DNA of 64,000 nucleotides from Octopus bimaculoides (GCF_001194135.2 NC_068994.1:32114124-32178123); one strand, 5' to 3'. Shown: positions 13,622 through 27,514, counted from the stretch's first letter. The notes: generated by a model not told the origin, from the sequence alone. Program-made: numbers and translations.

Positions 13622-13935
13622 GGTAGTGGTAGTTGTTGTGGTGATGGTACTGGTGGTGGTACTCATAATGATAATGATGGTAGTGATGGTGATGATGGTA
13701 GTGGTGGTGGTGGTGATGATGATTTGATGATGATGATGATAATGATGATGATGCTGATGATGGTGTGGTGGTGGTGGTTGTGGTGATGGTACTGCTGGTG
13801 GTACTCATAATGATAATGATGGTAGTGATGGTGATGATGATGAGGGTGATGATGAAAAGTGAAAATAACAATAATAATGAAAATGATGACAATGAAACTG
13901 ATAATACTAATGGTGAAATAATAATAATAATAATG

Positions 13936-14002
<67 letters not shown>

Positions 14003-14045
14003 TTGCTACATGATAATGAATTTGATGATGATGGTGATAATGGTA
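13440..14045. repeat. Compound (GAT/GGT/AAT)n tract with an internal 65-70-bp higher-order duplication (13628-13697 and 13775-13840)
   Basis: ttgtggtgatggtactg(g/c)tggtggtactcataatgataatgatggtagtgatggtgatgatg occurs twice. Confidence 0.9.
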
Positions 14046-14230
14046 GAGAATAAATGAATAATAAAATTTGAAATNNNNNNNNNNNNNNNNNNNNNNNNNN
14101 NNNNNNNNNNNNNNNNNNNNNNNNNNNNNNNNNNNNNNNNNNNNNNNNNNNNNNNNNNNNNNNNNNNNNNNNNNNNNNNNNNNNNNNNNNNNNNNNNNNN
14201 NNNNNNNNNNNNNNNNNNNNNNNNNNNNNN

Positions 14231-14261
<31 letters not shown>

Positions 14262-15213
14262 TAACAAAAATAGAAAAATGAAATATTCATGCAAGTACAC
14301 ACATATACTTATGTATGTATGTGTGTATATATATATGTGTTTGTATGTATGTGTGTGTGTGTGTGTATATATGTATATATACATATATATGCATATATAT
14401 ATATATATGTGTGTGTCTACGTGTGTGTGTATGCATGTATGTATGCATTTGTGCATTATAATTCATCTCTAGCCATCAGAGCTAAGATGGCCAACATTCG
14501 AAATTTAGAAATGAGATCCACAGGATATGCGGTAAATGCAGTGAGACAGGAAGCTAAAAAATCAACAAGATACAATTCCCAAAAGTACTTGTGCAGAATA
14601 CATAAACACACACATACACACATGCACACATACACACACACATACACAGAAAGACACACATAAGCATATATGTATATGTGCATATGTGTGTGTTATGTAA
14701 ATATATATGTATGTGTACATATATCTGTGTGTGTATATATATGTATATATATATATANNNNNNNNNNNNNNNNNNNNNNNNNNNNNNNNNNNNNNNNNNN
14801 NNNNNNNNNNNNNNNNNNNNNNNNNNNNNNNNNNNNNNNNNNNNNNNNNNNNNNNNNNNNNNNNNNNNNNNNNNNNNNNNNNNNNNNNNNNNNNNNNNNN
14901 NNNNNNNNNNNNNNNNNNNNNNNNNNNNNNNNNNNNNNNNNNNNNNNNNNNNNNNNNNNNNNNNNNNNNNNNNNNNNNNNNNNNNNNNNNNNNNNNNNNN
15001 NNNNNNNNNNNNNNNNNNNNNNNNNNNNNNNNNNNNNNNNNNNNNNNNNNNNNNNNNNNNNNNNNNNNNNNNNNNNNNNNNNNNNNNNNNNNNNNNNNNN
15101 NNNNNNNNNNNNNNNNNNNNNNNNNNNNNNNNNNNNNNNNNNNNNNNNNNNNNNNNNNNNNNNNNNNNNNNNNNNNNNNNNNNNNNNNNNNNNNNNNNNN
15201 NNNNNNNNNNNNN

Positions 15214-15250
<37 letters not shown>

Positions 15251-16240
15251 TTTAACTGCTAGTATCTCATCTAGTTATTCAAATTTCCCATGTCTGCTCA
15301 TTAGTACATGGACTAATGTGTAGGAAATCTGAATGAGGACAGTAGATAGGTATTGGAAAAGGAAAGAGAAGGGGACCTAGTTGGTTTTTCATCGACTGAC
15401 TGAAGGATTGAATAAATTAATTGATTAGTTACATCAAGGGTTGGCGAACAGGGGTAAATAATCCCAAATGGGATAAAAGTGAAATTCTTGTGAATAGTGA
15501 AGACTCATTAGACATGAAAACAATTACAAACGTGTTCCTTGTTACGACAGAAATTTTTCTTCTGATATGAGGAGGCAGTCAAAGAGTTGCTGCTTTTTGC
15601 AACAAGCTACCTTTGGGAACAAGGATTTTCCACTCTAATGAATGTAAAAACAAAGCAGAATAATTGATTGGCCCCCAGAGACTATCCAAATTGCTCTGAC
15701 ATTAAAATGCCCCAATTTTGATGTAATTGTAATAAAAATGAAACATCATTTCTTCAAAACCTGAAGTGAAAAATTTTCTAGAAAAATCCTTTTCTTTCAT
15801 AATTTATTTTATTGCATTTGTTTTATTATATTTTTTTATATTTATAATTGTATTCTCCATATAAATAGTTTCTATAAACCTTTTGAATTCAAAATTTCTA
15901 TGATTTTCTTCCTTTCAAAACAAGGGGTTAACATTAGCATAAATGTAATTTGGGGTAATTGGCTAAAAAAGTTCCCTGGCCACTGAGTTAAGTGGTTAAA
16001 CCAGTTGGCTAAAAATAATGAAAGAAGTGAAATAAAACCTGTGTGTGTTTATTAATGACATGATGACCCTCCCAAGAAACAGTGAAATATGTTTCAGCAT
16101 ATGAGTTCAAATCAAGAATCTTGCAAACCAAATATATAAACAAAAGTATAAACTTTATATTAGGGGTTTAGAGATTCAAAAGTTACAATTTAAAGGTTGT
16201 TAGATATTAGATGACTTTTTGCATTCATTAAGTTACACAT

Positions 16241-16670
16241 CAGTGTGGTAAGAAGTTTCCTTACCAACCACATGGTCCTGGGTTCAATTTCATTGCATAT
16301 CACCTTGGGTGAGTGTCTTCTACTATAGCCTTGAGCTGACCAAAACCTTGAGTGGATTTGATTGATGGAAACTGAAAGAAGCCCATTGTATGTGTTTGCG
16401 TGAGTGTGTGTTGTGTGCGTGAATGTGTGTTATGTGTGTGTGAGTGTTTATTGTGTGTGTGTGTGTGTGTGTGCTGTGTGTGTGCGTGTGTGCATGCATG
16501 TATTTGTACCTGTGTTACATCCCAGTAACTTAGCTTTTCATCAAAAGAAACTGATAGAATAAGTACCAGGCTTAAAAAAGTACCGGGGTTGATTTGTTCA
16601 ACTAAAAACTTTTCAAGGTGGTGCCCCGGCATGGTCGCTGTCTAATGACTGAAACAAGTAAAAGAATAAA
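16241..16670 (+). mobile_element. SINE family A copy
   Basis: Aligns to 4301-4716. Confidence 0.85.
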
Positions 16671-17079
16671 TGTTTCTAACATATAATGAGCAAAATAAAA
16701 ACCCTCTGTCAAAGTTATGCATTGTAAAATTGTCAATGGGAATAAATATGGCTGCAATTAGGAATTTACCAATTTCTGAAATTATTAGCATATTTGTGAA
16801 AGAAAAATAACAGAGGGTAATGTGCTGTTGGGAATCAGTGTGTTCTTGGATCTATGAGGTTCTTTGAATGGCTTCATTTGTAAGTTTTCCTGTATCAGGC
16901 AAACTTCGTCCACATATTCCTATATTTTTGTATGCCTTATTTTGTATACTTTTCATTTCATTCCGTCTCCTTTCCTCCTCATCACCCAATTTTATCTAAA
17001 CCATTGTACATTGTAACCTGTCTTTGTAATGTTCCCATTATCTGTGTCCCTGTGATAAATATAAGAAATTATTATAATT

Positions 17080-17230
17080 ATTATTATTATTATTCAGTAG
17101 TTTTATTTTTATAACGTGCTTTCACTTCACTACCGAGCGCAGCTCTGTGCGCCTTGGGTATGTGCTGTGGTTTGCTGTGGTGCTCTTATGTTTACTGTAT
17201 TGAAAGTGTTTTGCGTAGAATGTGTGCAGT
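17080..17230 (-). mobile_element. 5'-truncated RLE-LINE 3' end with (AAT)n tail; partial second copy at 17290-17347
   Basis: Minus strand reads TAHILRKTLSIQ*, then about 100 bp of UTR and an (AAT)n tail. Confidence 0.8.
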
Positions 17231-17231
17231 A

Positions 17232-17264
<33 letters not shown>

Positions 17265-17899
17265 GTTATTGTTGTTGTTGTTATTATTATTATTGTTCAG
17301 TAGTTTTATTTTTATAACGTGCTTTCACTTCACTACTGAGCGCAGCTNNNNNNNNNNNNNNNNNNNNNNNNNNNNNNNNNNNNNNNNNNNNNNNNNNNNN
17401 NNNNNNNNNNNNNNNNNNNNNNNNNNNNNNNNNNNNNNNNNNNNNNNNNNNNNNNNNNNNNNNNNNNNNNNNNNNNNNNNNNNNNNNNNNNNNNNNNNNN
17501 NNNNNNNNNNNNNNNNNNNNNNNNNNNNNNNNNNNNNNNNNNNNNNNNNNNNNNNNNNNNNNNNNNNNNNNNNNNNNNNNNNNNNNNNNNNNNNNNNNNN
17601 NNNNNNNNNNNNNNNNNNNNNNNNNNNNNNNNNNNNNNNNNNNNNNNNNNNNNNNNNNNNNNNNNNNNNNNNNNNNNNNNNNNNNNNNNNNNNNNNNNNN
17701 NNNNNNNNNNNNNNNNNNNNNNNNNNNNNNNNNNNNNNNNNNNNNNNNNNNNNNNNNNNNNNNNNNNNNNNNNNNNNNNNNNNNNNNNNNNNNNNNNNNN
17801 NNNNNNNNNNNNNNNNNNNNNNNNNNNNNNNNNNNNNNNNNNNNNNNNNNNNNNNNNNNNNNNNNNNNNNNNNNNNNNNNNTTATTATTATTATTATTA

Positions 17900-18447
17900 T
17901 TATTATTACTACTGAATGAGAGAGCAGTGCGTGCCATCAAAATGACACTGGGGTAAAATATATGAAGCTCCATCTGATGAGGGTACACCAGGCACATGCA
18001 TCACAACCATATGTGTCCGACATGGTGGTCTCATATCAATGTAAGCAGCACATGACCTTGCAGGTGGGCCCAGTTAGAATTTTTTTCAGGTCGAGTAGCT
18101 CATCTCACTCAAAAGGTCCCTGAATAAGGGTTGCTTATGGATGTTGAATGAAATGCCCATGTTTCCAAAGGCAGATTATTCAAACCCCAAAGAATTCCTC
18201 TCAACACATGGCTATGTTGCTCCCCTACTGCTTCTGTTCATGATCAGCAATGTACATATCATCAACCACCAAGGGACATGCTCAACTGGTTAAGGTCAAA
18301 CAACTGACAAACAAATTTGTGGTATTGAACAGAATATTTGCTGTAGCCCATCTTTTATACCAAGACAAAACAATGTACATGATAACACTTCCAATCAGTT
18401 AAGATCAGAAACCATGAGAGCCACTGCCTGGTACTGTATCAGGGCAT
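17900..18447 (-). mobile_element. Non-coding interspersed repeat of about 540 bp with a probable (AAT)n tail
   Basis: GC-richer island bounded by (TTA)n tracts, with no ORF. Recalled as a common octopus repeat, but only one copy is present here. Confidence 0.5.
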
Positions 18448-18765
18448 TATCATTATTATTATTATTATTATCATTATTATTATTGTTATTCATAAACACT
18501 GAACAGATTAGACTGTTGGAAAAGAAAATAATCCTAACATCGGGCTACAACATGTTGCCTTAGACGCCAAGAACCCTACTAAATATCCTAGCTGTCCCTA
18601 ATAATACTGTTTTCTGCAGCTTTACTAAACTGGGTTTCATGCCTATTTCCTCTACCCATTTGTTCAAATCTTTAGGGATAGTTCCCAATGCACCTATAAC
18701 TACTGGAATACATTTTACCCACACTTTCCATAGTCTCTGTAATTCAATAGCTAGGTACTGGTTAT
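18447..18765 (-). mobile_element. RLE-LINE 3' end
   Basis: QYLAIELQRLWKVWVKCIPVVIGALGTIPKDLNKWVEEIG...LQKTVLLGTARIFSRVLGV*, followed by a short UTR and (AAT)n. Confidence 0.9.
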
Positions 18766-18788
18766 TAATTATCATTATCATTATTATT

Positions 18789-19010
18789 GTTAGCTGGCAG
18801 AATCATTAGCAATCCAGGCAAAATGCTTAGTGGCATTTCGACCATCCTTATGCTTTGAGTTCAAATTCCACTGAGGTCAACTTTGTCTTTCATCCTTTTG
18901 GGATCAATAAATTAAGTACCAGTGAGACACTGGAGTCGATGTAATTGACTAGTCCCCTCACGCAAAATTTCAGGCCTTGTGCCTTTAGTAGAAATTATTA
19001 TTATTATTAC

Positions 19011-19076
<66 letters not shown>

Positions 19077-19290
19077 GTTATCATCATTATTATTGTCATC
19101 ATTATTACCATTAAGGCAATGACCTAGCAGAATAGAGTCAGAAAAATTGCTATATTTTTTCCAGTTGTTTATGTTCTGAGTTCAAATCTTGCTGAGGTCA
19201 ACTTTGCCTCTCATCCTTTCAGAGTTGATAAAATAAACTACCAGTTAAGTACTGGAGTCAATGTAATCAACTTGCTTCTACCCTCAAAAT
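18789..19290 (+). mobile_element. Two SINE family B copies (about 18789-18995 and 19112-19290) separated by (TTA)n
   Basis: Both align to 8745-8857 and 35942-36134. Confidence 0.8.
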
Positions 19291-19350
19291 CACCACCACC
19301 ACCACCACCACCACCACCATTAAGAAATTTGACAAGCACTGAGTTTTTTA

Positions 19351-19518
19351 GATTGATTGAGCAATCAGCTGAAGCCTCTACAGGATGTGCACAGTCTATG
19401 AGTGATGGCCACAGATGACTAGAGCTGACTGAATATGATTAATGAAAGTATTGATAGAAAAATGACAGTGGTGATGATGATAATGATGATGATGACGATG
19501 ATGATAACAATAACAATA

Positions 19519-19577
<59 letters not shown>

Positions 19578-19682
19578 TGATGACTCTAAGTTAATAAAGA
19601 AAAGTTTACAAGTTGCCAAAGTCTCAACGAATACATATAGGCCCACCACTATACCTTTCTGGTTCTCCATCACTACCAAACA

Positions 19683-19779
<97 letters not shown>

Positions 19780-21356
19780 CACATGCATATATGCTCACAT
19801 ATACATTCACAAGCACACACAAAAAAGCAAGAATAATATTCGATAGCAAAACCTCCCATCTCTACTCTTAAAAACGATGACAACAAAAGAAAATCAAAAA
19901 TAGCAACAACAGCAACAACAACAACAGCAAAAGTGACAACAAAATGAAAAACAAAAAAAAAAATCTAAAGCAGTGTTGCCAGCTAAACCAACCAAGAGAA
20001 TAACAATAGGTGCAGTACCTCAACGACGATACATCGAACCATAAAAACTTGTCACTGTTCATCATCATATGATTGATATATATTTCTTTTGTGTCTGCAT
20101 TCAAGCAAAACCTCAGTTCTGCAATGAAACACTGGTGTTCCAGTCTCCGAGACTTATGGACTGTGTGATTGATAATGAAAACTCCTGTCAAACAATAAAT
20201 CATACATACACAGTTACGTTTCCCAACGCCTGGCCTCAACAACTGTCCGATATCCGATGATCACGTGTCTGTCTGTTTGTCGAAGTTCCAAGAAGCAAGC
20301 CAGCAGCTTGTTGTTGGTGTTGCTGTTGTTGTTCCTGTTGTTGTTGTTGTTGTTGTTACTCTTTGTATTATTTCAACAGAACTTTACCGCAATTCCATCA
20401 CCATGACCATCGCCACCAACACTACTGACTACAAATTCCTTCTGCCTTCTTGCTTGTTTATTCACTTGTTCACTCTTTGAGATGCTTCCATTGTTCCGTT
20501 GTTGGCCTACCTAGCTGCTTCTCTACAAACTTTTCTTTCTTTCTTTCTTTCTTTGTTTCTCATTCTTTTTCTTCATCCCCAACTTCCTCATTCTTCTTCT
20601 TCTTCTCCTTCTTCTTCTCCTTCTTCTCCTTCTTCTTCTTCTTCTTCTTCTTCTTCTTCTTCTTCTTCTTCTTCTTCTCCTTCTTCTTCTTCTCCTCCTC
20701 CTCTTCCTCCTCCTCCTCCTCTTCTTCTTCTTCTTCTTCTTCTTCTTCTTCTTCTTCTTCTTCTTCTTGTCCTTCTTCTCTTGTCCTTCTTCTTCTTCTT
20801 CTTCTTCTTCTTCTTCTTCTTCTTGTCCTTCTTCTTCTTTCATTCTTCTTCTTCTTCTTCTTCTTCTTCTTCTTCTTCTTCTTCTTCCTGTTGTTGTTGT
20901 TGTTCTTCTTCTTCTTCTTCTTTCATTCATCTTCTTCTTCTTCTTCTTTCATTCATCTTCTTCTTCTTCTTCTTTCATTCATCTTCTTCTTTTCCTTCAC
21001 CTTCTTCCTTCTCTCTTTAACCTAAACCAGAACCTACTATCTCCTCCAACAACGGCAGCTGTCAAATCATCTCTTTCAGTTTATTTTATTCATTTACTCT
21101 CATCATCATCATCATCATCACCATCACCACTACCACCACCACCATCACCATCACCTCTACCATCATCATCATGACCACTACCATGACCGTCATCATTATC
21201 ATCATCATCATCATCATCGTCATCGTCATCACAACCATCATCACTTATTCTGTCGATACCTTCATTAATCTTATTAAGTCAGTTCTAGTCATCTGTGGCC
21301 ATCACCCATAGACTGTGGACATCCTGTAGAAGCTTCAGCTGATTGGTCAATCAGTC
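19351..21356. repeat. Inverted pair of about 115-bp repeats (19351-19465 and 21245-21356), each with an inward (ATG)n/(CAT)n tail
   Basis: gcaatcagctgaagcctctacaggatgtgcacagtctatgagtgatggccacagatgactagagctgact is the reverse complement of agtcagttctagtcatctgtggccatcacccatagactgtggacatcctgtagaagcttcagctgattg. Confidence 0.85.
20520..21015. repeat. Polypyrimidine (CTT/CCT)n tract of about 500 bp
   Basis: Almost pure C/T on the + strand, with sub-units such as ttcttgtccttc and tttcattcatc. Confidence 0.95.
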
Positions 21357-22502
21357 ATCCAGAGAGAGGCTGCTGGCAATACCAAATGAGGCAAGGAAAG
21401 AGTAGGTGGGGTGGGTGGGAAGGAGAAGGAAATTGGTGGGATATTTCTATGCTTTTAAAAAAAAAAAATTATTTCTTTTTATTCTTTTTTATCTGCGGCA
21501 GATCTTTCCTGCAGATCTTTCTTATCAACTTTCATAACACTGATGTACCACGAAATCAGACAGAGAAACTATGTGGTTGGTTGATCTGCTTGAAATAGCA
21601 ACTAAATCTCCCTTACCATCTAATCACATCCTACCGTCTTATATAAGAATAAGAAAACTCTTTCAATAATGCAGATGTACATTTGTCAAAATGGATGTGA
21701 TGGTCATGACTTTGATCACAGAATGGAATGAAATGCGTGTCTGAGTGTATGCATGCGTGAATATGTGTGAGTTCGAGTCTGTGTATGTGTGAATTTGTGT
21801 GTGTATATTTTAGTGTGTGCATATGTGAATCTGTGTGTATGTGTATGTTTGTATATGTTTTTCTCTTGTGCATGCACGTCTGTGATTGTGTGTGTGTTTG
21901 AGTGTGCGTGTATATATGAATGTATTTGTAAATATGTATGTGATTCTGATTTTTCTGGTTTTTGATTGTTTCTTTCCTTTACCCGTCCTCCTTCTATAGG
22001 CTACCTTTGACGTTATATCCTCTACCTTTTCTTAAAAAAAAAACTTAAAAGCGTTCAGGTCATCACTATACATATNNNNNNNNNNNNNNNNNNNNNNNNN
22101 NNNNNNNNNNNNNNNNNNNNNNNNNNNNNNNNNNNNNNNNNNNNNNNNNNNNNNNNNNNNNNNNNNNNNNNNNNNNNNNNNNNNNNNNNNNNNNNNNNNN
22201 NNNNNNNNNNNNNNNNNNNNNNNNNNNNNNNNNNNNNNNNNNNNNNNNNNNNNNNNNNNNNNNNNNNNNNNNNNNNNNNNNNNNNNNNNNNNNNNNNNNN
22301 NNNNNNNNNNNNNNNNNNNNNNNNNNNNNNNNNNNNNNNNNNNNNNNNNNNNNNNNNNNNNNNNNNNNNNNNNNNNNNNNNNNNNNNNNNNNNNNNNNNN
22401 NNNNNNNNNNNNNNNNNNNNNNNNNNNNNNNNNNNNNNNNNNNNNNNNNNNNNNNNNNNNNNNNNNNNNNNNNNNNNNNNNNNNNNNNNNNNNNNNNNNN
22501 NN

Positions 22503-22566
<64 letters not shown>

Positions 22567-23027
22567 CAGAGATGTAAGAGAATGCAAAAGCACACATATT
22601 TATACATATATATTATAATATAGTAAAATTTCTTCTCTCTCTGTCTTTTCAGTAAATCTTCAAGACAATATCACCAAAATTGAATTGCAGAAGAAAAAAG
22701 ATACTTTCAGTTGAAAGAGGATACTTTGGTAGTAATGTGACAAAAAAAAAAGAAAAAGAAAGAAAAGGAATAAAAAGAGAAAAGTTTGAAAAAAAAAAAG
22801 AAAAAGGAAAAATGAAACATTTCAACATTTGTCTCTTGTTCCACTTGAGCCTGTCACGTGACAAACTGCAGTATTGATGTCCAACATACACATCGATATA
22901 AACATATATAAAAAACGCATCATAACCAAATAAAGAAACTTAACAAACACATTTCTCATCTTAGCATTCGATTTCCCAGTCGAATGTTCGTCCTCTTCAT
23001 ACTGCTATAAAGAAAAATAATTTATAA

Positions 23028-23074
<47 letters not shown>

Positions 23075-23355
23075 ACGGCAGCAGCAGCAGTAGTAGTGCT
23101 ATCATCACATCTACTATCATCTTCACCACTAGCACCACTATCTGTGCTGCAATCGCCAGAACCACTAGCAACTGTAGCAGCAGCAGCACTACCACCACCA
23201 CCACCACCACCACCACCACTGCCACTGCCAATTACAACATTACCACTACAGACAACATCATCGTCAACAACAACAATACAATCAACTACAACAAAAGCCA
23301 TTTTTCTCCCCTAACACTGCATATACTGTGACCTAAGATTTCTAATTGTGGGAAC

Positions 23356-25785
23356 ATGTTACTGCAAAGTTATCTACTACTGTTGCTTGTTGACATGTAC
23401 CTCTGCATAGATCTGATTTATCAAGTCGAAGAAGGGAAAAGACCTGATACATTTGTTGGTGACATAGCAGTGGACTCACATTTATTGGACACTGTGCCGG
23501 TCAGTGACCACAACCAGTTCCAGTTTAGTTTGCTACATGAACTTGTGATGGGTGAACAACAGCTGTTTCGCGTGACACCAGCTGGGAAGCTTTACACAGC
23601 TCAGGAACTCGATGCTGAAGCTCTGTGCAAATATAACACAGAATGCTTTACTATGGTGGAAATAGCTGTCCAACACAAAGAATCTTTTGTCAAAATATTA
23701 GACATTAAAGTGGTTGTAGAAGATGGCAATGATTTTGAACCTGAATTTTCCGTCGATCAATTTAATATATACTTTTCAGAGAGAGAAGGCAAAGGATCAC
23801 GAATATCAATTCCAAATGCTATTGACAGAGATGTCGGTGCCTTAAATTCTAAGATTACCTATCAACTGAAAAGCAATATTAACGAACCTTTCCGATTATC
23901 TGTCTTAAAGCAAGGTGATGGCACTTCTAAATTAGCAATTATCTTGGAGGAAAGACTCAACAAGGAAGTAAAAGATACCTACCTGCTTCAAGTAATTGCA
24001 AGAGATGGTGGATCACCACCAAAACAAGGCATTTTGAATATTAAAATATCTGTCACAGACGAGAATGACAATTCACCTATATTTTCTCGGAGCATTTACA
24101 ATGTTACAGTAAACAGCAGACACCGGCAAAGTGTTCCAATCGTTACATTGTCAGCAACAGACCTTGATTCTGGCAAAAATGGTAATATTTCATATCATTT
24201 TAGTTCAAAGACACCAGACTTGGCTAAAAGCCATTTCATGTTGGACCACATATCTGGTGATATATTTCTCAATAAAAGATTTACACTGAATGAGAAACAA
24301 ACTTATAAGTTATTCATAGAAGCCAGAGATGGGGGCAGTCCTTCATTGAGTTCAACAGCAGTGGTTCTGGTAAATGTAGTGAGCGAAGCAAATAATGCAC
24401 CAAGAATTGATGTGAAGTTTGTTTCTAAGTCCAGCAGAAATAAAACTGTGATATCAGAGGGAGTAGAGACTGGCAGTTTTATAGCTTATGTTAAAGTAAC
24501 AGACAATGATATTGGTCGTAATGGAGAGATCAGCTGCAGACTGCAACACGATAACCTACAGCTGAAAAGTTTAAGCAAAAATAAATACAAAGTAGTCATC
24601 AAAAAACCAGTTGACCGAGAAAAACAAAAGCAAATAGAGTTCACTATTATTTGTGAAGACAAGGGTTCGCCATCTTTAAAGACAAAAGGACACTTTTCTA
24701 TCCAAGTGATGGATGTCAATGATGTGCAGCCTCTATTTTCTAAAGATACTTTTAAATTCCTCACATATGAAAATGAAAAACCACACTTCCCTATTGGTTT
24801 CATTAATGTCACTGATCCAGATCTTGGTTCTGGAAGTCAGTTGAATTACACATTGTTTAGCAATGATAGAGGAATTCTTCCTTTTGAAATTTCTGATTTT
24901 GGATTTATTTCAACCGCCCAATCTTTGGACAGAGAGAAACAAGATATTTATAAATTTCGAGTTTTTGTCAAAGATAATGGAACACCACCTCTGAACAACA
25001 CCGCAGATGTCATTGTTGAAGTTATTGACGAAAATGACAACCCACCATATTTCAGCTTTCCAAGCGTTAATCCTTTCAGTTTGGATGTCCACTATCATCC
25101 ACAAAGCAAGAACGACATCACAGTTTTGCGAGCATTAGATAAAGATATACGAGAAAATGCCTTCCTCCGTTTTGAAATACTCCGTGGTAATGACAAGCAA
25201 TTATTTTCGGTGAATCCCTATTCTGGGGTGTTGTCATTCTCCCGTAAAGTCTACCAAAACGATGCCGGTTCTTATAATCTGCAGTTAGCTGTCAAAGACA
25301 GTGGCACTCCAGCTCTATCAGCAACCACAACCTTATCATTGACTTTGACAGTAAGTAACAAGACCTCGACGATGTTAACAGCTTTGCAAACCTTATCAGA
25401 TGATAAAATCCATATCAATTTAGTAATAATTATTGTTATAGCAGCTGTCACTTTGTCCACTGCTATAGTGGTTTCCATAGCAATATGTATCATACAAAGA
25501 AACAACCAGAAAGAAATCCAGTATAATGAAGAATTTGAAATTTCTAACAAATTCCTCAGTGACTCTGAAAAATCAAAATACTTTCATGAACCGTCTTCGT
25601 CACACACTGAAGCTCAGCTTGCTCTTGCAACAGATCTTGCCAAAAGTAGGAACTCCCCAGCCACAATACCAAGGAGAGACACACCGACTGGATTTAAGTC
25701 AACTCCAGATCACACGTGGAGAGGATGTAATTCTGGAAAACAAGTTCAAGCTGTGGCAGAAGAAGAAGAAGAAACTTATTCCCAG
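23356..25785 (+). CDS. PCDH: Protocadherin, main exon (signal peptide, 6 cadherin repeats, TM helix, proximal cytoplasmic tail; 810 codons). Unspliced read-through ends at stop 25806 (816 aa)
   Basis: Open frame with N-terminal hydrophobic signal MLLQSYLLLLLV. EC1 has a C-x5-C motif (CKYNTEC). Cadherin motifs present: DxD (DRD, DLD, DND, DPD, DKD), VDRE/LDRE, ARDGGSP and DENDNSPIF/DVNDVQPLF/DENDNPPYF. TM segment LVIIIVIAAVTLSTAIVVSIAICII at about 25420-25494. Symbol is family-level only; the paralogue cannot be assigned. Confidence 0.97.
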
Positions 25786-27514
25786 GCAAGATATTTTCTT
25801 ATGTAATTTTCACACACACTCACACAATACACACACACAATACACACACACAATACACACACACAATACACACACACAATACACACACAATACACACACA
25901 CAATACACACACACAAAACAGACAGGCACACAGGCACACACAAAATACATCCACAAACTCATTCACATGTACAAAAAGTCACACACATTTTCACACAAAC
26001 ATATTAGAGACACATACTATGAGTGTACTGCTATTACACTTTCGTAACACTACTAAAACGTTACTGTAACATTACGATGACACTACAATGACAAAAATGT
26101 ACTACTATGACACTACTACAACATTAAGATGTCAGAGTGTACTACCAAGACATTTCTATGACAGTGTACTATTACACTTTTATGATATTACTAAAAGTGT
26201 GTGTATGTGTATGCGTATGTGTGTATAAAACAATGATACTTTTACACTGCAATATTCTATAACAAATTTTTCTACACTGTTTATTATAAACAGTGTAGAT
26301 ACTACATTTACCAATGACAAGAATTTTATGCAAATAATGTCTTACACAGTTTATTCAATCTTCTTTTAAAAGTGTTCTGGAAACAATATTTCTGTTGCAA
26401 CATAACAGAACATAACATACATATAAGTATATTTGTGTGTGTGTTTATATATATATATATATTTATATATATTTATATATACACACTCACATACATACAT
26501 ACACACACACACAACATTTATTGCATTTATATATATAAGTATTCATGTAGTTATATTATTGGTGAACCTAGAATCAAACAGTTAAAACATTTTTACATTT
26601 TCAAATAAAGTAAATTTCCCTGATGCAAAGAGTATTCTATGTGAGAGAGGATAAAGCCATGAGAAAGTCGGTGAGACTTGGAACTGTGTCTCCTTGTTAA
26701 TATCTGGGGGTTAGGTTTATTGCACAACCTGTCTTCAGTATGAATATACTCTCTCACATAGACACTTTTGTACTATTAAGATGGCTATACTCTCTTACTT
26801 AAGTATTTTTGTACATAAGGCATGAACTTTCCCTCTCACCTGTACATTCTCATTTGTTATTTACCTCATTAAATCTTGAAAAGTCATCCTTTGTATATAA
26901 TACTAAGAATGGTTACAATTTATTCCAATTTGCTTGGCACTCATTCATTGCAGACGATAATTTGTAGGCTTATGTAGTAGAAGATTAGAATCTTTTCTGT
27001 TTGCATTCATTTTTTGAAATTTTAAAATTATGTGAAAATTTTCAAATTTGGAATATTGATGTTAAAAAATTCATGCTGAATCTGATGACATTGTTCACTA
27101 GTTCCAGAAAATATTTAAAAAAAAATGTTACTGAGGTTCAAAGTTTGATAATTTTTACCCAATGAGAAACCAGGATTTGGAAGCTGTAGTTTTGTGTGTG
27201 ACGACAACATTACAACAACAGAACATTCATGACACCATTACAATGAGAAAACATTCAACAATGGAAGTTCTAATAAGCTTTAAGCGTTTGATAAACATTC
27301 AATGCAAGGAATGACCTCCAAAAACAGCAGTAACAGACACATGTCTTATAGCAAAAACATTAAGTTACAAAAAAAAAAAAAAAATGAAAACAAACTGTAG
27401 TTCGGTTCATGAATACATGGAGAGCAAAATTTCAAAAATGAAAATTTGTGATGCTGTCTAGGATTTTGTCAAATAAATTACAATTTTTGTATCTCCTGTG
27501 ACACATAAACTTGC

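Noticed and set aside
14473-14530. Candidate exon IRAKMANIRNLEMRSTGYA between AG and GT sites
   Set aside because: Short, with no recognisable homology. Such AG/GT pairs are expected by chance.
24486-25550. Minus-strand ORFs (108, 64 and 92 aa)
   Set aside because: They are antisense shadows of the protocadherin exon.
26620-26860. Weak inverted repeats around gtgagagag motifs
   Set aside because: Too short and degenerate to define an element.
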